The translations under genes were made by a program, and so were the position numbers. The notes beneath the pieces are model-generated. The model was not told the DNA's origin, made no database searches, and was given only the letters and a program-made list of their open reading frames with translations. A DNA stretch of 42,413 bases, taken from positions 1-42,413 of the forward strand of contig KZ538887.1 of the NCBI GenBank assembly GCA_000934665.2, in the 5' to 3' direction. Source of the DNA: Catajapyx aquilonaris (Eukaryota). How positions within the stretch are numbered: the stretch's first letter is position 1; every line of letters begins with the position of its first letter. Shown here in pieces: positions 35,333-42,413 of the stretch.

Positions 35333-36107
35333 TCAACCTACACGAGATGTTACAAAAATGTTTGGATTTAGCTTCCGCACTTTCTTCCGACAAGCTGGAC
35401 TATTCCCGACCTTACAGCACCCTTGGAGCCTGACAGTCCTCAGTTTTTTGCATCCACGAATCACTTTGTAAAAGCCCATATAGGTAAAACCAGGGCAACG
35501 GACAAAAGTTATATGAGTCAGCTCTAAGCACCTGGAAGCTATGGCCGACATCAAGCAGTTTGTCAGACCTTTGCAGTGATATAACTTCAGACTCTCCAGG
35601 CGAGTGGCTGCTTGTGTCAGGGTAAAAAAGCTCTGGAACATTCGATAGGCATAGCGAGACACACAGCCCAGTTCAAGTCTGCGAAGATTGGGCAGGTTTC
35701 CAATCACTTGTACAAGGGTAGTCTCCCTCACCTCAGCTGCATCATTAAGAATCAGATCAACCAACTGGTGGCACTGCCCAAGGACAAAGTATGGGTTGTC
35801 ACCCGGGCCACCAAAACCTCGTAGTAGGTTACCTATTTTTAGTCGATGGAGCTGGCCTCCTACATTATCAACAACCATTTTCAAAGTTTTTTCACCTTGA
35901 AATGATACATTGGAAATGTCCACGTCCGTGAGTTTTGGCCATTCCCTCACAATGAACTCATCTATGGGCAGCATATTGCTCGAGTAGGACGTCACCATAA
36001 CCTTCTCCAGTTGAGGGGCGATGGAAAATGTGTCAAGAATGTGACAAGGCCTCTTACACTTGAAGCTAGATTTCCCAGTTATCTGAAGTACTCTCAGTGA
36101 CTGGCAT
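35333..36107 (-). CDS. F-box/LRR-repeat protein gene 2, last exon (LRRs)
   Basis: Acceptor CTTACAG|A at 36108/36107, phase 2 (AG|A = Arg). LRRs QCHQLVDLIL, NLPNLRRLEL, LESLKLYHCKGLT, RCLELTHITFVRC, GCKKLRTVRLQGC. Confidence 0.88.
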
Positions 36108-37330
36108 CTGTAAGTGTACAAATACAGAAGAACAAATCGTCTTAATAAGTGGACCATGGGGAATTGTATGCTTGCTGCATTTCCTAATTAATTAACACCT
36201 CAATAACAACCATTACAAATTACTTATAATAATAACCACAAATTGTAATAATAACCACCTTAATTAATAAAACAAGGGCCGTTTGGAGCACGAGTACACT
36301 ATGTAATTCTCGGTTTCAGTGGTTGGACAAAAAGATTTACAAAAGAAGAAGATTGGAACCCATTTTGTGTGATTGGTTCTAAAAAATACTTTCTGCCCAC
36401 ATTTTTTCTACAAATGTAAGGCCCGCTCAGGCAGCACACACAATTTCTATACTTTCTGTGATTCCATACACAAACTCGTTTGGGTCAATCAACACCACCC
36501 TACCTTGGGCTGATGAAATTTCCTTATTTTCCTAACATTCAAGTCACACCTGGAATTAACCTTTTGATTTAAGAAACCCCACCGCACTAACTAAGAGTTA
36601 ACAAAGTAGGGCAATAGGAAGACATCATTCAGACCCAGGTCGTATGGATCTTACCAAGATCTTACCTACTGATATACAAATTATACCACCTGGCTCAACC
36701 TTCTAACTTTCTCCACAGCAAATCATCTACTGTGCCTAAAGCAACACACACCCAAGTGAACCTTCTGGCAATAACTGACAATATTTTTTATGACACCACA
36801 ATATTAACCCAAGTTATGTATGGGCCATATTCAGTATATTTTTCCACAATGTTGCATGAGGAACAAGGGCAAACCAAAGCAAGTGCATTGAATTGTGGGG
36901 AAAAGCCACGTAATATTATTTTATGCATCCCTTGTGACCATGGGATAATTTATTAAGAGTGAAAATTGTCATAAGATACCTATATGGAAATTTTCATCAA
37001 AAAGTGATGTATTACAAAAATTTCTTTGAGAATTTCAAAAATTGTGCATGCTTGAACAAGCCTTTATAGTAAGCTTGTCAGAGACTGACCTAAGTTACAA
37101 GTTAAATAGAGTGCATTATTCCTGTCCTACATTATGCAATCAGATGACACTTTCAGTTACGGGCACATGAAATATTACTCCCTGACAGAACTCCAGGCTG
37201 GGCCCTTGACTTATCACCCAAAACTGCAAAAGATAACTTCAAAATCACCGGACTTGTTGACAAATATACACTGCAAATTACTTTGCCTTGTTCCATCTCA
37301 TCTCAGCTCCTTTGTTGATGCCTGTTTTAA

Positions 37331-37613
37331 CCCTGGAACCGTGCCGTGCCTACGAGTATTACTGCAACCGTGCCGTGGGGTCTTTTCGGACCCCACCATA
37401 TTTTAATTTTTATTATTTATTATATAATACTTTTCGATATATTGACTATATATACAATCATTCTTTGAACAATGCCTAAAAGGAGCGCTAATTCAAAAGA
37501 AACCTGCACTTCCTGTTATATACTGTAAAAAAATGGCAAAAGTTCATTGTAATCATCATTTTTATGCATTTTTTCCTTGGGGTCCAAAAAGACCCCACGG
37601 CATGGTTCCAGGG
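37331..37613. mobile_element. piggyBac-like MITE in the intron of F-box gene 2
   Basis: TTAA-CCCTGGAACCGTGCCGTG ... CACGGCATGGTTCCAGGG-TTAA. Confidence 0.88.
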
Positions 37614-37941
37614 TTAAAATTGCAAAGTGCAATACTATCCATAACAGCGATTCAGACTGACTGTGAGGTCAAAAATTATGGTTCAATTACCTTTAAATTC
37701 GCTTAAATTATTTTCCTTTCACTAAACTTTTTTTTTTTAAATTCAGGTCTTGTACAATACACCTGTGATCCCCCCAAAAAATATTTCTTCATTGCTCCAA
37801 CCTATGGCTAAAAAGGTTAACTACTGGCATTGTCCTCATTTTGATTCCTTTGCAAAAGTAATGAAAGTGATACAGAAACTTCTAATCAGAGTGAATGAAC
37901 CAAGTTCACCAAATAGGAACATTCATAACATCACTACGCAC

Positions 37942-38300
37942 CTCTGAGCCACCAGTTCCAGGGATTGGCTGTTACGGATCTCAAGATCATGCAAATCCAG
38001 TACTGCAAGTCCAGGTAGCTGCCTAGCTATGGTCCTCAAAATTATGTCCACAGAGGTTGGCCAGTGATGAAGCCTGACGATCTTAAGATTAGGCATACTG
38101 CAGATCAACCTGCATGCTTTGGATGCAGTCACAGAAGCAGGTTCAAATTTGACTTGCTTCAAGTGCTTCTTCTGCGTCATAGCCATTACTTGCCATTCCT
38201 TGCATACCAGGGCAGCGCCCAGTAACAGCGACTGTACGGGCAAAAAGGTAAATATGTGCAGCCACATTTCCTTGGGAAGCTTCTTATTGGGTGTATGGCC
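37942..38300 (-). CDS. F-box/LRR-repeat protein gene 2, F-box exon
   Basis: Acceptor TTGCAG|G (phase 0) and donor AG|GTGCGT (phase 2). F-box LPKEMWLHIFTFLPVQSLLLGAALVCKEW followed by the first LRRs. Confidence 0.88.
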
Positions 38301-38405
38301 CTGCAATGATATAAGAGGAGTGTCTCACTGTCTTCTGGCATTGATTATTATGAATAGGATTGTTTCAAATCCCTGAAGCCTTCCATTTTCATCATCATTG
38401 TTTAC

Positions 38406-38557
38406 CTCCTGCTCTGGTTCTGGTTCTGCTGGTGCCCCTCCAGGGTCGCTATGGTCATCATCACCACCTCCCAGCCTCTGCTTCTTAGCCTCCTTGTGCT
38501 GCCCACCATGCTGGTTGAAGAAACCTCTGGAAGCTGGAACACAATGCCAATCTGGGT
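38406..38557 (-). CDS. F-box/LRR-repeat protein gene 2, probable upstream exon (low-complexity N-terminal region, basic KKQR motif)
   Basis: Strong polypyrimidine acceptor CCTTTTCCCTTCTCTCAG, open frame PDWHCV...KEAKKQRLGGGDDD...EPEQE, donor GAG|GTAAAC (phase 0) and a 105-bp intron. No in-frame ATG, so further 5' exon(s) are needed. Confidence 0.6.
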
Positions 38558-39070
38558 CTGAGAGAAGGGAAAAGGACAAACGGAGAGAAGATGAAAGGAG
38601 AGGATCAGCAAAAAATGATGCTGCACAAAAAATTATGGCTAATAAAAAAGTGCTGTCATCATATGTTTGGAACTACTGATGAAACCCACTGCCAGTTCTC
38701 GCAATCACTAGCAGCACTACAGGGTGGGTCAATACAAAGTTCCCACATCCACACGACCACATATAATTATAATACATATCACCCTAAGTACATCCCCTGC
38801 AATACACGAGTCCTGTGCGAATATTCAGTGCCCATGCACGTTGTACTCTTAATTTCCTGCCCTGGAACTCTCAGGGCTGCAGAGAAGCGGACAATTATCC
38901 AGCTTAAACTATTGCACCACTGTGATGCCCAAATTACACTAATTTATTTTACTCCTCATTTCTACTCATTCATTAGTTATTAGTAAAGTCTGGATTTTTA
39001 GGCAAATGCCTATTTAGTTCTGTAACAGTTATTGGGATGGTTTTGTGAAGAGATCTATCCGTTTCATATA

Positions 39071-39494
39071 CAGGGTGTATCTGAACTCAGTGCCCCGACG
39101 TATATGACTGCCTTCCTAGCCACCAGAGGATCGATTTAAGTATAGGAGTCATTATGTTTGGCCGCCGCATTACGGAGATAATTGGCCGCAAACATGAACT
39201 ACAAAATATCCTGTCGGTTAGGCCACCCATCGAACCCTCCCCCAGTCAGAAGGCTCTGGAAGGTCTGGGGGCGGGACTTTGTTGGTTTGTTGCCCACAGG
39301 TGGTAAGGCCTCTTTGGCTAGTTACACCAGAAAATTCTATTTAAAAGTCAGAAGGAGCGATTAGGCAAAAATCGCTAAAGAGTGTATCTCAGTAATGAGG
39401 CTGCCCAGACATGCGACTCCTGTACTTAAATCGATCCTCTGGTGGCTAGGAAGGCAGTCATATACGTCGGGGCACTGAGCTCAGATACACCCTG
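39071..39494. mobile_element. Tc1/mariner-type MITE
   Basis: TA-CAGGGTGTATCTGAACTCAGTG ... CACTGAGCTCAGATACACCCTG-TA, with ~80-bp TIRs. Confidence 0.9.
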
Positions 39495-40279
39495 TATAAG
39501 TGCAGGATGTGGAAAATGTAGGTTTTATAGTGCCTAAAATGGCCTATTTCATGGTTTTGGCAACTATTTTTCCTATTCTAGCATTTCGCGCCTTTTCATG
39601 CCTATTTGGTCTTTTTTGGGATAGTTTGTGGACTTTTTGAAGGAATTTCTGGACTTCTTGCCCCTATTCCAGACCTATTATTTTCTTCAGAGGCATGTTT
39701 TTTTTGCAGAGTTTTTTTTTGTGTTCCTGAAAGGACCAAAATCGTTCAGAAGTAATAATTAGTTTCACTAATGAAAATCTAGAAAAATATTTGGTAACAT
39801 ACTGTGCAAGATAGTAGAAACGGGCTATAAGCGGTAGAGTCCAGAGCAAGTGTTACTTGTCTTCCGCCCAAGTTGTGATTTTCTGTCAGTTTATCATTGA
39901 TATTCAGTTTTTGCTCTGGTTTGTGACCTTATATTTATACTTTAGCCCAGCTTTTGCGCCTGTNCCCCCCCCTCCCCTGCCACCCCTTCGCCTATTGTCT
40001 GAGTCGACCCTTCAAATCCCTATCTAATGTATGTGCACTGTTCCACCTACATTATTTTATCCTTTCACCAAAACCTGGGTGATATATAATTGCACCTTAA
40101 AATACGCATTTTCGTCATTTTCTGAAAAATCTCCTTATTGCCGACGATATTTTCCTCACAATGCAATCACAATCAAACAAACCTTGCCTGCCAATCCTTG
40201 GCAGCCCAATCCTTACTGTCCACACGCCACTGGCACAGTCGGAGTCGCCTCCTCCAAGTTCGCTGAACCTTGTTTAGGC

Positions 40280-40793
40280 GGAAAGAGGAATTGTGGGCAG
40301 AATAGAACAAACGAAAAGAGACTAGTCTCACAATTCTGGTCGCTTCTTACCAAGGCTTCTTACCACACTTCTCGCCGCTTGCCGCTTCTAAGTGTAGCCA
40401 ACTGCAACTCGCTGCAACTAATCCGCTATCATGGGCAGGGTAGCCAAACTGATGACTGTGTCCCGATCCAGATGGTCCAAAGGGTTCAGAGCTTGGTTCA
40501 GAGCACGGTTCAGCTGCGGTTCAGAGCCTGATAGAGCCTGGGGAAAGAGGAATTGTGGGCAGAATAGAACAAACGAAAAGAGACTAGTCTCACTATTCTG
40601 GTCGCTTCTTACCAAGGCTTCTTACCACACTTCTCGCCGCTTGCCGCTTCTAAGTGTAACCAACTGCAACTCGCTGCAACTAATCCGCTATCATGGGCAG
40701 GGTAGCCAAACTGATGACTGTGTCCCGATCCAGATGGTCCAAAGGGTTCAGAGCTTGGTTCAGAGCACGGTTCAGCTGCGGTTCAGAGCCTGA
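40280..40793 (+). repeat. Recent tandem duplication: 252-bp units 40280-40531 and 40542-40793
   Basis: Period 262; two substitutions seen between the copies. Confidence 0.92.
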
Positions 40794-40838
40794 AAGCCAA
40801 CAGTAGTGCCAACAGAAATTGAATTTTCAATAGGCCTA

Positions 40839-42006
40839 TAGGGTAAACAATACAGTTATGGGCCACTTAAGAAATTTTCCAAGTTCACATCGTCAAATGA
40901 CCCACAGCATTACATCTGCAGTTTGATGATATATTTTTTCCGAATCGTCAGAATGTTCTCTTTTAAGGAGCAACTGCAATTTTGAAATTCTCCCTTACTG
41001 TCATTTTTGGTAATTAAAAGTTCCAAAAAAGTCACAAAAGTACAGTTATGGGCCACTCTTCACAGTTATGGGCTGTCTTTGGGACAGTTATGGGCCACCT
41101 AATTGTAGGGACTCTATTGTTGTTTGCCACACTTTCGTGGTGCAGGGTGTTGCCCAGGATTGTTTCCTACTGCCTCAGCAGTTTTTCAAGTTTTTATGAC
41201 CACCTATCTTAGCCTCTGTCGTCATTTGCATGAAAGCCGATGCATTTACTCCGGAATTACCGAACCTGCCTGCCAAGCAAAGAATTTCGTTAACCTGAAA
41301 TTCACCTACCTGCCCACTTCTGTTGGTGTCTACCTCCCTGTCTCCCCTTATTCCATCATGTTGGGTAGGGTCTAGGGGCACTATTGGATAAAATTATGCA
41401 GGCTAAGTGTAGGCTAATATACAGATACCGTAACTGAAAACACACATTAGGTCATCCTCTTCTAGGGTCAGGGGGGTTGCTTACTGATGACCAAAGGTGA
41501 ATGGAGAGGGGGAGGAAGTTCGAAAAGCAATTTTTATTAAAATTGACCTCGAAATAGTGTTGGGTAGGGTATGCCCATTACTGTAAAGTGATGGTTTTGA
41601 TCCACGCAGTTATGGGCCACCCCCTTCCACTCATGCTATCCACACAGACTCATCATTATCTACAAAATATGAAACTATGGAGTCTACCCTAGCCATGCAA
41701 ATCGACATCGGCAACCTGGAGTGACGAAGACCCTTATTGTAACTTGTCACTAGCTGCAGTGCTGCTCCTTACCAACTACTTAAGGAAGCGGCCATATTGG
41801 AAGTACTCAGAGATGTGAGGCTCTGGCGACCTTGATGGCGGTCCGACAGCTAGGGGAAAAAATATACCGAACATTCGTCCAACAATGCAGTGCAGCCACC
41901 CACAGGCGAAAATGATCACTACTTACACTACACGGCTTAATATAAATAAGATTACTCTTAGTGGCCCATAACTGTATGGTGGCCTGTAACTGTATGGTTT
42001 ACCCTA
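40839..42006. mobile_element. TA-flanked non-autonomous DNA transposon with repeated CAGTTATGGGCCAC subterminal motifs
   Basis: TA-TAGGGTAAACAATACAGTTA ... TAACTGTATGGTTTACCCTA-TA. The motif recurs at about 40853, 41043, 41063, 41085 and 41607, and inverted at about 41962. Confidence 0.75.
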
Positions 42007-42413
42007 TACTCTGGCAAAAAAAAAACATCTGTCTAAGCCTAAATGGAAATGTCCTTAATTCTCCTACACCTTTTACTGTCCATGTGAAGCACTGCCGACG
42101 CCTGACACAATAATCCATTATTGTCATCCTTTGGTTTCACGTCCCCACAGCTAATTCAAAACAGAACTGTGTGTGTGTGTGTGTGTGTGAAGGGTTGCTT
42201 CAAGACCAGGATGAACTGGCCAAAAGTATTTGAACCCGATAGTACTTGCTCTGATCTGAAAATATTGGGACACCCCCAAAAAATGGAGTGGTGGGGTTAT
42301 ACACAGGATGTGATTAAAAGTTTCCATTAAGATTATCTGGACTTTAGAATGGATAATTATGAATAGTAACAATTGAGCTAGGAGGATACCAAATTTGAAG
42401 TTCATTTGACAGT

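Noticed and set aside
40031..40793. 166-aa and 120-aa plus-strand ORFs
   Set aside because: They arise from the tandem duplication and have no domain features.
41175..41381. Possible upstream exon of F-box gene 2
   Set aside because: It lies inside the 40839-42006 transposon; phase compatibility alone is not enough.

Overview
Eukaryotic, repeat-rich genomic DNA, most likely arthropod (pancrustacean/hexapod-like, judged from the neuropeptide and SINE types). It has a 25-N gap at 26489-26513 and no prokaryotic features. Three host genes are supported. (1) An intronless-CDS F-box/LRR gene (+, 8416-9594). (2) A two-coding-exon FMRFamide-like neuropeptide precursor (-, 21789-21581 spliced to 18555-17970; about 264 aa, four RFamides plus a possible junction-spanning amidated peptide). 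(3) A spliced F-box/LRR gene (-, exons 38557-38406, 38300-37942, 36107-35333; 5' end unresolved). There is also a MITE-broken LRR pseudogene (3493-3971). The rest is mostly nested non-autonomous DNA transposons (Kolobok-like with a THAP remnant, piggyBac-like, Tc1/mariner-like including a DD41D transposase relic), tRNA-derived SINEs and many short palindromes. The most unusual structure is a 2.47-kb near-perfect inverted duplication (12357-14825) with a frameshifted CFAP20/BUG22 exon at its apex. It is followed about 200 bp later by two abutting hairpins, making it a candidate hairpin-RNA/endo-siRNA locus. All calls were made by eye from the sequence; no searches were run.
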